From Balanoglossus misakiensis (taxonomy: Eukaryota; Animalia; Hemichordata), in NCBI GenBank assembly GCA_040954595.2, contig JBECUI020000041.1, positions 1-64,000 on the forward strand: a DNA stretch of 64,000 nucleotides. Reading direction: 5' to 3'. The notes beneath the pieces were generated by a model. The model made no database searches, had not been told where the DNA came from, and was given only the letters and a program-made list of their open reading frames with translations. Below, piece after piece: positions 41,504 to 52,742 of this stretch. How positions within the stretch are numbered: position 1 is the stretch's first letter; each line of letters opens with the position of its first letter. The position numbers and the translations under genes were made by a program.

Positions 41504-42826
41504 GGTAGTGTCAAGAATTTGCGCACTTTCAAATCTCCAATGTTGAAAGAGCCTAACGTACATCTTGCCTTATCGCTTCAAGTAAGTCCATATTCAAATA
41601 CTTTTCTGTACTCCATTTTGTTCCCATGATGTACCTGAGCCTGGCAGCTGATAGCATAAGGGCTGAATCCCCATCGGGGAAATGTTCTGCTAGTATGGTT
41701 CTGCGAACCAGGGTTCTGCGAACCAGGGTTCTGCGTTTGATTTCTTTCATGATTCTTTCAAGAGGATTAGTCCTGATCCGAATCCAATGTTCCTGAGGGA
41801 AATACCTATGCTCAAAAGTTTCGTGGATATAGTTTCTCAGCACGTCAGCAGCCTTGGGAAGTTTCATATTGCGAAGTTTCGCTTCAATCAGTTGAGCCTT
41901 CTCAAGAGCAGCATCACGATCTTCTTGCGCATGAATTGTCAGGCATTGCTGCAACTTCACGGACCTTCGCACGGGGAACCACCTGGAATACATTCCGGTA
42001 ATCGTGAACAACGCATCGTTGCCATCGTGCTTTGGGGAAAAACTCTTCGATGGATTCAGGCCAACCCGATGCATTTGTCGCTTATGAAAAGCTTTAGTAT
42101 CCTTAAGCCCTTGGGTTGTTACGTGTGCAAGAAAGTTGCTCCATCCAGCTTTATCTTCCTTTTCACCTTCAAGAAGGCCTAAAACACTACGATATCCGCT
42201 TTCTGAGACGCCTATCGCTACCAGAATGCTCACATTTCTCAACTTTTCCAGCCCATGAGCGCTTATTGATTCTCTACTAAGAGATCCTGGTTCAAATTGC
42301 TCATTGTCCCAGGGCTTTACCTTGCTTCCCCAAAGGGCGCCTCGGTAATATCTTTAACTCGGTGCACTGAAACACCGGCTAGGTAGATTTCAACTAAGGC
42401 TTCTTCAACGGATGTTTCCCGGCGTTTATAACGCTCAATAATTGCTGTTTCGAATGGAAGCCGAAGTAGGGACAGGTCGCGACCTGTCCCTACTCTTGAA
42501 AGCAGTGATATCCAACTTCCTGGTGTAATGTCCAGCACGAGTATCTTTTCGTGCATCCGTAGGTTCGTATTTTTCAGCCTGAAGTAAAAAATCTACCTCT
42601 GCATTGAGCATGGCATTCAAGGTTCCCTCTACGGTTGTTTTAACCATTTGGCTTAACTTGCTCTGTACAAGACCTTCATCGATCTGTATGATCTTTCCCG
42701 TGGGGTCTTTTTCTGACCTCATTTTGTCCTCCGTGTGAATGGTTTTACATTCGATTCCATGTCAACATTGGAGGACATTTTTTTTCAATGCCTTTTTAGA
42801 ATGTGCGCAATTTTTTAAACACTACC
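41504..42826 (-). mobile_element. IS256-family element, defective copy 2 (direct repeat of copy 1)
   Basis: Same IRs, same palindrome (42466-42493), same internal deletion and 15-bp repeats as copy 1. Confidence 0.93.
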
Positions 42827-42917
42827 TTTTTTGGGGGTAGCGTTCGCGGGGGGGGAATGCTACCCTCGGCGTACGGGGGCATCGCCTTGCTGGCTTTCGG
42901 AGCTCAGGAGATCACAC
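42827..42917 (+). repeat. About 90-bp element, copy 2, abutting the IS end
   Basis: Near-identical to 21085-21173. Confidence 0.9.
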
Positions 42918-43094
42918 CCAGGCCGTCTTGGCCGCCAAAAAACAGCCGACCTTGCTCTCAGAAGCCGACTTCGGGGGGAGATCACCATGCCTTGCTTAAC
43001 TCAACCTGCGAGACGATCGCGTTGCTTTACAGCCGTGGTTCGTACCGATGGCTCAGCATGCTTCCATCGAACCGCAACTGGGAGCTACGACCCG

Positions 43095-43522
43095 ATGAAG
43101 AAGCCACCGAAACCAGAGAACGAAGCTGAGTGCCTCGCGAGTCTCAAGGAACTCGCCATCCTCGACACTCTGGCCGAGGAACACTACCGATCGCATCACT
43201 CGGTTGGTGAAAAAGTCTCTAAACACCAAGATCTCGGTCATCTCCCTGGTCGACAGCGAACGGCCATGGTTCAAATCGGTCCCGCGGGCTCTCAGCCTCA
43301 GAGACCCCGCGGGACATCTCGTTTTGCGGTCAGGCCATTCTGGATGAAGAGGCCTTCGTCATTCCCGATGCCACAAAGAATGAGCACTTCGCCCAGATCG
43401 GCGTTGGCTGGGTGCTACGAGAGCTGTCCATCGCAGACCGGGAGGTTCGCAGAAGAGCACGCAGCGCCTCTGTTTCGCGAGGGGAGGAAGTACATCGTCG
43501 AGAAGATGCCCGCGAGCAATAA
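43095..43522 (+). pseudogene. GAF-sensor N-terminus fused to a DNA-alkylation-repair-like C-terminal fragment
   Basis: PENEAECLASL..LAILDT, ISLVDSERPWFKS, then FAQIGVGWVLRELS in shifting frames. Confidence 0.5.
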
Positions 43523-43594
43523 AAGGTGCATGCTGGTGCTCCACAAGCGGGCCACTGCGGGTCGCCCCACTGCTTCCAAGCGAGGTTCGAGCCG

Positions 43595-44116
43595 ATGACC
43601 CCGGCCAGCAAAGGTCTCACGCTCCGCAAGGCGGTCCCTGCCGATCTCACCTTACTCCAGCACTGGGACGAGCAACCGCATGTCATCGAGTCGGATCCCA
43701 ACGACGACTGGAACTGGGAAGTTGAGCTCGCACGCGACCCAAGCTGGCGGGAACAGCTCATTGCCGAGGTCGATGCTGTGCCGATTGGCTGCATACAGAT
43801 CATCGACCCGGCACGGGAGGACAGCCACTACTGGGGTGAATGTCCGAACGGCCTGCGCGCCATCGACATTTGGATCGGCGAGAGAGCTTACCTGGGCCAC
43901 GGCTTCGGCACGCAGATGATGAGGCTGGCCATCGAGCGGTGCTTCGCAGACCCATCGGTCCACGCCATTTTGATCGACCCACTCACCACCAATGTCCGTG
44001 CCCGTCGCTTCTACGAGCACCTTGGTTTTCGCTTCGTCGAAGACCGTCTATTCGGGGACGAAGACTGTGCGGTGTACCAACTTGACCGCCTTTCCTGGGC
44101 TGCGCGCCGTGATTAG
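43595..44116 (+). CDS. GNAT acetyltransferase, AAC(6')-like/RimJ subfamily
   Basis: WDEQPHV, IGCIQIIDP, AIDIWIGE..YLGHGFGT, IDP...NVRARRFYE.LGF. Confidence 0.85.
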   Translation: MTPASKGLTLRKAVPADLTLLQHWDEQPHVIESDPNDDWNWEVELARDPSWREQLIAEVDAVPIGCIQIIDPAREDSHYWGECPNGLRAIDIWIGERAYLGHGFGTQMMRLAIERCFADPSVHAILIDPLTTNVRARRFYEHLGFRFVEDRLFGDEDCAVYQLDRLSWAARRD

Positions 44117-44180
44117 CGACGGGCCTGAGATGCTGCTCGGCGTGTCCAACCGCTCCGATGCGATGGGCGTCCTCACCAAT

Positions 44181-44804
44181 GTAGTATCAAAAATCTTACG
44201 CACTTTCAAATCTCCAATGTTGAAAGAGCCTAACGTAGATCTTGCCCATCGCTTTAAGTAAGTCCATTCATGATTCTTTCAAGAGGATTAGTCCTGATCC
44301 GAATCCAATGTTCCTGAGGGAAATACCTATGCTCAAAAGTTTCGTGGATATAGTTTCTCAGCATGTCAGCAGCCTTGGGAAGTTTCATATTGCGGAGTTT
44401 CGCTTCAATCAGTTGAGCCTTCTCAAGAGCAGCATCACGATCTTCTTGCGCATGAATTGTCAGGCATTGCTGCAACTTCACGGACCTTCGCACGGGGAAC
44501 TACCTGGAATACATTCCGGTAATAGTGAACAACGCATCGTTGCCATCGTGCTTTGGGGAAAAACTCTTCGATGGATTCAGGCCAACCCGATGCATTTGTC
44601 GCTTATGAAGAGCTTTAGTATCCTTAAGCCCTTGGGTTGTTACGTGTGCAAGAAAGTTGCTCCATCCAGCTTTATCTTCCTTTTCACCTTCAAGAAGGCC
44701 TAAAACACTACGATATCCGCTTTCTGAGACGCCTATCGCTACCAGAAGGCTCACATTTCTCAACTTCTCCAGCCCATGAGCGCTTGAGGATTGTCCCATC
44801 CAGA
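44181..44804 (-). mobile_element. Truncated, more diverged IS256 copy 3
   Basis: Degenerate IR GTAGTATCAAAAATCTTACGCAC; internal deletion; keeps LDGTILKRSWAGE, which is lost in copies 1 and 2. Confidence 0.85.
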
Positions 44805-44857
44805 TTCGCTAAGGATAATGTGGCGTTTTTGTTGTGCTCGCTGTAGAAGTATAATTC

Positions 44858-45217
44858 CTATACTTCTACCTCTCTAATCATTATCAGCAACATCTTGAAT
44901 CGTTTAAGAGCATTGACCGCATGAGGAATATCGGCTGGCATCAGAACTGTTTGGCCTGATTGCGCGATCACTTTTTCTCCACCGATGACTAGCTCGGCCT
45001 GGCCTTCAAGAATCTGGACAATAGCGTCAAACGGAGCGCTGTGCTCCGACAAGGACTGACCAGCATCGAAGGCAAACAGGGTCAAAGTGCCTCCGTTTCT
45101 TTGCGCGAGTGTTCGGCTTACAACCGATCCTTCTTGATAGTCAGCCAATCTGGACAACTCAACGGGTTTCGCCGAAGGCATCCCGCTGGATTTTTCATTC
45201 TTTGATTTTTCGTTCAT
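44858..45217 (-). CDS. Cupin domain protein
   Basis: YQEGSVVSRT, LFAFDAGQSLSEHSAP, MPADIPHAV. Confidence 0.85.
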   Translation of the reverse strand: MNEKSKNEKSSGMPSAKPVELSRLADYQEGSVVSRTLAQRNGGTLTLFAFDAGQSLSEHSAPFDAIVQILEGQAELVIGGEKVIAQSGQTVLMPADIPHAVNALKRFKMLLIMIREVEV

Positions 45218-45234
45218 CGGACAAAACCTCCTTA

Positions 45235-45845
45235 CTAATTCTTTTTGCTGGTTACGGCAGGGTAAAGCATCTTTTGAATCGCTTGCCACACCTCTTGCGA
45301 TGGGTTTTGGACAGCACGTTTGGAAGTCATGCGTGTGCTGGAATGACCAATCGAAAGAATCGATCTCAGGATAATTATCGCTATCACCTCCGGGCTGATT
45401 TCATCTGGGATCAATTTCTGTTTCACGCATTCTTGCAGACATTGCTTCACCAATACCTGTGATCTTTTTGTCAACCCTTTGATACGGGCAGGAATTTTTC
45501 GCCGCCACGATGGGATAGATGATCAGATAGCAGTATCTGCGACATCGCTGTGTTACTGGCTGCAACCTGAATTCTTTTGTGGAAGAATTGTTCGAGCTGT
45601 TCAAATGGCGTATAGCCCCAGGGAGAGAAATCCTCAAATAGGATCCCTTCCTATCGATAACGGCGTCTACGATTTCATCCATGCTCGCAAAGTGACGGAA
45701 GATGGCCCCGCTGTCACACCATTTTGTCAGCGATAAGCCGGGCCGTGAATTTTTTTGCGCCCTTGCGAGCGATCATGGTCATCGCAGCATCGACAATTTC
45801 CGCTTTTCGAGTCTCAGAGGGCTTTGACTTCATCAATTTTTCCAT
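45235..45845 (-). pseudogene. TetR family regulator, frameshifted
   Basis: RKAEIVDAAMTMIARKG..FTARLIADKMGV HTH read from 45845; downstream pieces in other frames; AAGTACTT palindromes upstream. Confidence 0.65.
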
Positions 45846-46253
45846 CCCGATTCGGGCCGCTTGACATACTATATATAAAAAAGTACTTACTTACAATAAT
45901 AATGGATAAGTACTTAGAATAAAAATCGTGCTATGCTCTCAAAATAAAGACCTTACTTAAGGAACACATTTACATTGTGTTTGGCGGCCAAATTGGAGGC
46001 AGCCATGAGATATAAAGACTAAGCATGAACGGTTCAACGAAGAACTCAGGCAGACTCACTCGGTTGAAGCGCCCAGGGCAACCCATGCCGGGGTTTGTTT
46101 CCGAGGTGCTGCAAGCATCGGGATTGATTGAAGCCCATACACAGCCTCTCCCCCTAGCATCAGATGCTCGACTGGCTCGGGGGCCAGATTGCTAGAGGGG
46201 CATGGATCAACGGGGACCCTCCACTCAAGCCGGGAAGCGGTAAGGAGAAAGAG

Positions 46254-46667
46254 ATGATAATAAGAGGAATCACACCCTACCTGCAGGTTAGCAAGACCGG
46301 TGATGGAATTTCTTGGTACGAGCAGGTCTTGGGGGCTAAGGAAGTCCGGGAGCGTTTGGTGGTGCCAGAGGGCACAGGCATGAATGCGGAGATCGAGAGG
46401 GAAGGCACCCGCATCATCTTGGCCGACGAGATGCCCAAGTTTGGTTCCAGAAGACCTGCTACGCTCAAGGATAGGTCCGTCGTTCTCGACCTGCATGCCG
46501 CCGACTCGGAGGCGACGTTTCAGCGAGCGATTGAAGCCGGTGCCGAGGAAATCCATCCCCTTGCAGACCAGTTCTACGGAGTTCGGGCTGGGCCTGTAGG
46601 AGACCCATTTGGCCGCCTCTGGATCATCGCCACTCAAATCCGCAACGTGCCGGAGGCAGAATGCTAG
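46254..46667 (+). CDS. VOC/glyoxalase (PhnB-like) protein
   Basis: ITPYL, WYEQVLGA, ILADE, RAIEAGA, DQFYG.R.G.V.DPFG. Confidence 0.8.
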   Translation: MIIRGITPYLQVSKTGDGISWYEQVLGAKEVRERLVVPEGTGMNAEIEREGTRIILADEMPKFGSRRPATLKDRSVVLDLHAADSEATFQRAIEAGAEEIHPLADQFYGVRAGPVGDPFGRLWIIATQIRNVPEAEC

Positions 46668-47035
46668 ACAAACCCAAGACCATAGACGACTACCTGGCGA
46701 CCGTCGATGGGGCCAAGCGGGACGCGCTTTGGGTGCTGAGAGAGCAAATTCTCAAGGCGGCGCCAGATGCCGAGGCATGCATTAGCTACGGACAGCCCGC
46801 GTTTAGTAAGGGGCGCGTGATCTGCGGCTTGGGTGCCACGAAGAAACACTGCGCGTTCTACATGTTCAGCGGAAGCTCACTGTATCCCTTCGCCAAGGAG
46901 CTGAAGGACTACGACATCAGCAAGGGCAGCAGTCACTTCCAGCCCGACCATCCGCTGCCGCCCTCACTTGTCCGAAAACTGCTGGAAGCCCGCCTTGCTG
47001 AAAACAATGCGGCGAACAAGAAGAAGCACGAGTGA
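46661..47035 (+). CDS. DUF1801 (YdhG-like) protein
   Basis: TIDDYL, LREQI..AAPDA..ISYGQP, SKG..HF....PLP. Confidence 0.75.
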   Translation: MLDKPKTIDDYLATVDGAKRDALWVLREQILKAAPDAEACISYGQPAFSKGRVICGLGATKKHCAFYMFSGSSLYPFAKELKDYDISKGSSHFQPDHPLPPSLVRKLLEARLAENNAANKKKHE

Positions 47036-47046
47036 TAAGCTGCCGC

Positions 47047-47508
47047 CTACGGAATCAGCTCAAAGAAGTCAAAGCTGAGCGTCTCAGACTCAAAGACCTT
47101 CTCGTCGGACTCCTTGTCCCAGTCGCCGGCGCCGAACTTCAGGGGCCAGACGCCAGAGAGGGACCAGCGGCGCAGGGTGCTGCCCTTGCGGTCCTGCTGC
47201 ACGATGTCGATGTTGCGCTTGTCCTTGACGTCGGTGAGGCCGAGGCCGCTCAAGGTGAGCGCCAGGTCCTGGAACCAGTCGAAGAGGTCCCGGTCCTAGG
47301 TGGCGAATCTTTTGAGGTTCACCTCTGCAAGCGCCAGCCGGCCAGGACTCTTGTTGGTAAGGAACCAACCGCCATCGAAGTACTGGACCTCCGCCACCTC
47401 CACCGAGAGCTCGCTGCACTTCTGAAAGCCAGCATGACCGATGTCGTCGATCTCGGCGATGCACGTGAACTTCTGGTGGAAGCTCCTGGGATTCCCGACG
47501 ACCGCCGG
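47047..47508 (-). pseudogene. Contractile phage tail tube protein (T4 gp19-like), disrupted
   Basis: AVVGNPRSFHQKF..EIDDIGHAGFQKCSELSVEV...PGRL....[11 protein letters not shown]...[11 protein letters not shown]....RRW...VWP.KF..GDWD; in-frame TAG at 47296-47298, no ATG. Confidence 0.75.
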
Positions 47509-47678
47509 GGCAAGTGCCTGCTGTTGACCGATGCCGGGCAGCAGGGGCGAAAGGGATACTGCTGCCTCGCCACTGAAGTACTTCTCGATGCCAGAGAGGA
47601 GGACTACGACGCCTTCAGTCCTTCCTTCGGCACAGCATCGACACCTCGGAGACAGGCTATGGTTGAGGAGGGGACCCC

Positions 47679-48191
47679 ATGAGACTGCTAATCTTGAGAG
47701 CCAAGGGTCCTGTCGGAAAACTGCTCACAGGGCAAGCTCTCTCAGAGGGACAGGAGGTCAGCGCCCTCAGCCAGTACCCGGAGCTGTTCCACATTGAGCA
47801 CGACCGCCTGGCCGTGTTGTCCGGCGACATCTTCAACTCTGCCGATCTGTCGTGGGTTGTCAAAGGCCACGAGGCAATGGGTGAGCTCGGGCTGCGCCGC
47901 CTGGTCTGCGGCACTTCGGGTGGAAGCAAGCCACGTTTCCACCCCGCCGAGGGCATCGTCTTGGGGCTTGTCCTCAAGCAACTCATAGGCCGCACTCTGT
48001 ACGCAGACATGAATCGAATGGCACAGATCGTGGATGCGCCGGCGGTCAGCGCCTATCGCCTGGCCGAGAAGTACATGGTCCCCGGCATGACCAAGACGGC
48101 CCGGATCGGTCTCGCAGATTTCATGCCCAAGGAAGCGGTGAACCCGAGCCATCTCCGCAAAGGCTTGGCCATTGTGACTCCCGGAACATGA
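47679..48191 (+). pseudogene. Degenerate NAD(P)H-binding (flavin reductase-like) protein
   Basis: Eroded Rossmann start LILRAKGPVG, QAL..G.EV, GDI, YADM..M; shorter than usual for the family. Confidence 0.45.
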
Positions 48192-49552
48192 CCTCGCATC
48201 CGAAACTCACCACAGGCCCCGTCGCTGCATCCCTGCTTCGCATCACCGGGCCGATGCTGGTGGCGATGATGGGGATGGTCGGCTTCAACATCGTCGACAC
48301 ATTCTTTGTCGGTAAGCTCGGGACCGATCAACTGGCCGCCATGTCCTTCACCTTCCCGGTGGTCTTCGTGATCGGCAGCCTCGCAATGGGGGTGAGCGTC
48401 GGTGCGGGTGCGCTCATATCCCGGACCATAGGCCTGAATGAACAGAAGAACGTCCGGCGCTACACCACGGACGCCCTGGTGCTGAGCCTCAGCATCGTAT
48501 CGGTGATGGTCGTGGTGGGGATGCTGACTATCGACCCCCTGTTCACGGCACTCGGTGCAAAGCCGCATCTGCTCCCTTTAATCAAAGAGTACATGCGCAT
48601 TTGGTACCTGGGTGTGCCCTTCATCGTCATCCCCATGGTGGGCAACGGCGCCATTCGTGCCACTGGCGACACGCGCACTCCAGCTGCGATCATGCTGGTT
48701 GCCGCCAGCGTGAATGTCGCACTCGATCCGCTGCTCATCTTCGGCGCCGGCCCCATTCCCGCCCTCGGTCTTCGGGGGGCCGCTCTGGCTACCGTGGGCG
48801 CCCGCGCCATGGCCTTGCTGGCAGCTCTGTACGTCCTGGGAATTCGCGAGCGGATGCTGACCTTCGCCCGCCCCACGCTGGCTGAGTTGCTGACCTCCTG
48901 GCGTGCGATTCTCTACATCGGTATGCCGGCCGCGCTGACGAACCTCATCGTCCCGGCCTCGATGGCGATGGTGACACGCCTGGTGGCCTCCTTCGGCGTC
49001 GCGGCCGTGGCTGGCTTTGGCGTTGCCACTCGTCTGGAGTTGATTCCGATCATGTTCATCAACGCCCTGGCCAGCGTGCTGGTACCCTTTGTTGGCCAGA
49101 ACTGGGGAGCCGGTCGACTGGACCGTGCCAAGGCGGCGGTGCTGTTCAGCCATAGCTTTGCCATCATCGTCGGCGCCGTCGGCCTGTTGATAATGTTCAT
49201 CGCGGGGGCTCCCATCGCCCGACTCTTCAACGACAACCCAGAGGTGATCAAAACGGTGCTGCTCTACGGACGAGTGGCGGGAATCGGCTGGGGGCTGCAA
49301 GGGGTGGTCGCGGTGTCGACCTCTGCCTTCAACGCGTTGAACAGGCCGCTCCCGTCCATAACGATTGCCCTGCTCCGCATGGCGGTTATCTACGTGCCCC
49401 TGGCCTGGGCCTTGTCGCAGTGGCTGGGCCTGCTGGGTGTCTTTGTCGCAGCGGCTGCGGCCAGCGTTATCGCAGGGGGGGCTGCCATCATCTGGGTGCG
49501 AGCGGTGATCGGCGGTCTCCCGAAAGAGGCGGTCACTCGAGCAGAGAGCTGA
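48188..49552 (+). CDS. MATE family efflux transporter
   Basis: NIVDTFFVGKLG, RATGDTRTP, LDPLLIFG, GAALAT, GQNWGA. Confidence 0.92.
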   Translation: MTSHPKLTTGPVAASLLRITGPMLVAMMGMVGFNIVDTFFVGKLGTDQLAAMSFTFPVVFVIGSLAMGVSVGAGALISRTIGLNEQKNVRRYTTDALVLSLSIVSVMVVVGMLTIDPLFTALGAKPHLLPLIKEYMRIWYLGVPFIVIPMVGNGAIRATGDTRTPAAIMLVAASVNVALDPLLIFGAGPIPALGLRGAALATVGARAMALLAALYVLGIRERMLTFARPTLAELLTSWRAILYIGMPAALTNLIVPASMAMVTRLVASFGVAAVAGFGVATRLELIPIMFINALASVLVPFVGQNWGAGRLDRAKAAVLFSHSFAIIVGAVGLLIMFIAGAPIARLFNDNPEVIKTVLLYGRVAGIGWGLQGVVAVSTSAFNALNRPLPSITIALLRMAVIYVPLAWALSQWLGLLGVFVAAAAASVIAGGAAIIWVRAVIGGLPKEAVTRAES

Positions 49553-49738
49553 AGCAGATCTGGACATCGATTCCTCAGGCGACGTCCTCGCTGGCGCCGC
49601 GAAGGTCCTCCTCCTGCCAGGGGCGAATCGGGAGCTTATTGAACGCAGGAATGCTATGCTGGGACTGTCTTTGGAAGATTTGCTCAAGGAGAAGCTGAGG
49701 GCTATGCAGTCTTCTGCCGCAGAGACCTTGGAGTGGGC

Positions 49739-50644
49739 TTAAGACGAAGGGGGGATTTTTGTCTTTTTTTTAATGAGACTGAAGTTGCTTTCCGAGAGAA
49801 TAACGGACCCGATGATGATGATTCCTCCGATGATTAAGTTGACGCTTAAGAGTTCAAATCCCAATATAATGGAGAAAAAACTGCCCCACAGCCCTTCGGT
49901 GGATAAGATGATGGCTGTTTTGGCGGCGGTGGTTTTTTTTTGGGCACGGGTTTGAAAAAGAAAACAGAGGCAGGTACTGAAGAGGGCCAAATAGATGATG
50001 GGGAAAATCCCTGCAGAAAAATCTGCGGCGGAAAAAGAGCCTCTGTCTCCAAGGAAGAGTACCAGCAGAGACAGGATGGCGGCCATGGCCATTTGAAGAA
50101 ACGTAAGGATGCGGTAATCCATTACTTTTGCGGTGATGTCCAGGTAGGAGAGGTGCACAGCAAATAAAAAGGCACACAGTAAGGTCAGGGAGTCTCCTAA
50201 AGAGAAACGAAAGCCTGATTGCCGGGAATAGGTAAGAAGGGCTATGCCGAACATACAGCTTGCCGCCAAAAAGAAAACTTTAAGGGGGGGGCGTTTCCTT
50301 AAAAAGACCCAGGTAATAAAGGGTACCATGATAACGTTTGTGGCGGTTATAAAAGCGTTGTTAGACGGGGTTGTATAAAGAAGTCCTTGTGTTTGGGAAA
50401 AAAAGGCGAGGAATAAAAGCGTGCCTGCGCCGCCGCCTTGTATAAGATCCTTGCGGGTTATTTTTTTTAGCTGTTTAAAAAATACAAGTCCCAAAATTAC
50501 TGTGGCGAGGGAAAACCGCATAGCCATAATCAGACTGGTGCTCATATTACTGTCTATGGCGTACTGTGTGGCGATAAAACCGGAGCCCCAAATCATGGCC
50601 ACAAGTAAGAGAGATATGTCAGCTTTTAAGGTTGTCTTTTTCAT
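49739..50644 (-). CDS. DMT/EamA family transporter
   Basis: LLVAMIWGSGF, RF, AFITAT, GDSLTLLCA, Q..AQK; lower GC than neighbours. Confidence 0.88.
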   Translation of the reverse strand: MKKTTLKADISLLLVAMIWGSGFIATQYAIDSNMSTSLIMAMRFSLATVILGLVFFKQLKKITRKDLIQGGGAGTLLFLAFFSQTQGLLYTTPSNNAFITATNVIMVPFITWVFLRKRPPLKVFFLAASCMFGIALLTYSRQSGFRFSLGDSLTLLCAFLFAVHLSYLDITAKVMDYRILTFLQMAMAAILSLLVLFLGDRGSFSAADFSAGIFPIIYLALFSTCLCFLFQTRAQKKTTAAKTAIILSTEGLWGSFFSIILGFELLSVNLIIGGIIIIGSVILSESNFSLIKKKTKIPPSS

Positions 50645-51045
50645 AGGGCTTTTCTTGTTAATGGTTATTTTCCGGGTTAATGCAGCAGGATTAGCCGGAT
50701 GTTTTTTATGCCTCTTTTCCCTGAGTGTTTATGGCTCTCAACAGTGGGGTGATCATAGTGTTATTGGACTCTTGTGTCAAACTTTTCCGTCCTTATTTTT
50801 CCAGCACTTTTTTTGGGGGGGCTAGCAAGTAAAAGCAACCTGTTCTTCGGCGAGCAGAGGTTGTTGCTCAGAAAATCCGGGCGAGCTTAGCCCTGGGGCT
50901 TTTGTTTGGCCAGGAATCGCAGCCTTTTGCGAGCACCGCCTCAAGTGAGCAGGGCCCCTTGGTTTACACAGCTCAGGCTGGCGATGATCTTCTTGACAGC
51001 GCATTTCAACTCCTGATAATCTTTTTAAGGAGGAAACGGGTTTGA

Positions 51046-51676
51046 ATGGCGGCTCTTTCGGTCGAGAAACTCTACGAGAAGCACTACGCAGGCGACAAGG
51101 CGCGGCGCAGCTTCTTCGATGTCATCGCCGCTTGGCGCCAACCGAAGAGAGTCCTCTACCCCGGCAGCTTCATCCACGTGACCTCCTCCCTCGTGTTTCC
51201 CTCGGTCGTATACGTGGACAACGACCGCAACGCCAAACGCTTCTTCTCCGAGATGGACGATGTCCTTTCCTTTGTGCTCCGCCACAAGGTCTACAGCGAG
51301 ACACCGGAGGTGGTGTTTCATGGTTCGAGCTATGAGGCCAACATCCCCGAGCCGGAGGGCTCCTTCGATCTGCTCATCTCCCTTTACGCCGGCTTCATCT
51401 CGAAGCCCTGCAAGCTCTACCTGAAGTGCGGCGGCATCCTCCGAGGTAAACAACAGCCACGGTGATGCAGGACTCGCCTCCATCGATCCCGACTACATGT
51501 TCATCGGGGTGCTTCAAGGACACGGTGATCGGCTTCGCGTGGTAGAGGAGAACCTCCATGCCTACTTCAAGCCAAAAAAGGAAACGAAGGTGACCGAAGA
51601 GCTGCTGCGCAAGCTGAACCGGGGCATTGGCTACACCCAGACGGCGCCCGGCTACTTGTTCAAGAGGGTGCTCTAG
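51046..51676 (+). CDS. Methyltransferase-like protein, copy 2 (frameshift near 51445)
   Basis: Highly similar to 21363-21991, including the upstream RBS region. Confidence 0.65.
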
Positions 51677-51800
51677 GCATTGGCCCGGCAGCCTCAACGA
51701 GCTAGCAGCGCTTCGGTCGCTGCCCACAGCTTTTTGGCAAGCTTCTCCTATTGAACTCGGCAGTGGAGCTGGGCTAGAATTGCCTTGCTGGGAGGCTTCG

Positions 51801-52151
51801 ATGGCACAGCACAAGATATTTGCGATGACTTTTGCCAAGGTCTATCCCCTCTACGTTCAAAAGGCTGAACGCAAGGGCCGCACGAAGGAAGAGGTTGACC
51901 GGATCATCTGTTGGCTAACGGGGTATGAGCAATCTGGGCTGCAGAAGCACATTGAGCAGGAAAACGACTTCAAAACCTTCTTTACCCAAGCGCCGAGGAT
52001 TCACCCCAAAGCCTCGCTCATCAAAGGCAGCGTCTGTGGTGTGCGCGTGGAAGACATTGAGGACCCGCTGATGCAGAAGATACGCTACCTGGATAAGCTC
52101 ATCGACGAACTTGCCAAGGGCAAGGCTATCGAGAAGATCTTGCGGCAATAG
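51801..52151 (+). CDS. DUF2200 family protein
   Basis: [51 protein letters not shown]. Confidence 0.88.
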   Translation: MAQHKIFAMTFAKVYPLYVQKAERKGRTKEEVDRIICWLTGYEQSGLQKHIEQENDFKTFFTQAPRIHPKASLIKGSVCGVRVEDIEDPLMQKIRYLDKLIDELAKGKAIEKILRQ

Positions 52152-52742
52152 CCCCCACCTGAAGCTCCGTTTCAAACGGTCACGCCGCCATCTTCATCCC
52201 CAACATGACTTTGAATCCTCATATTCTAAAAGCTAGGGGGCGTGGAGTTTTGCATTCGCTCGCTCGGACAAGGGCGGGGCTTAGCTCATTTTTGGCTCAG
52301 ACCGAATCCTAACAGGAAATCCAGGCCGCTCGACGAACTGCCCTCATCGCAGGTTAGGGCCTCATTGATGGACGAGGTGGATGTCAACGCTACAATAAGA
52401 GAGATGGAGGTCAGTCTATGGGAATAAAATTTAATCTGATCGGGCTGTTCATCGGGACCTCACACGAATGTGAATGGCCAAACAATTTGACCACCAACCA
52501 AGTGCAGCCCCTCGCTCTGGGTATGCTGCGGTGATCAGCACTCTAAAAGGGGGTGCTGCGTCAGCTTCTTTGAAGACATGGGCCTTCACGTGGCCTAGCT
52601 TTACGCCCATAATCTGCAACAGACCATCGGGATTGTCGAGGTCGACCTTTACACAACGTGACAGCGTGGAGATTGGCTTTAGACAAACTCTGGGATCTGT
52701 GATCGGATTAGAGATGTGAAAAAAATAATAAACAATGGTGAA

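Noticed and set aside
48578-49687. Long antisense ORFs in the GC-rich island (e.g. 369 aa opposite MATE; 47032-47682 opposite the tail tube)
   Set aside because: Shadow ORFs expected from GC-rich codon usage of the real gene on the other strand.
52307-52360. attC-like site TCCTAAC...GTTAGGGC
   Set aside because: Short, no convincing internal L-box pairing, not repeated between the other genes, and no intI in the window.
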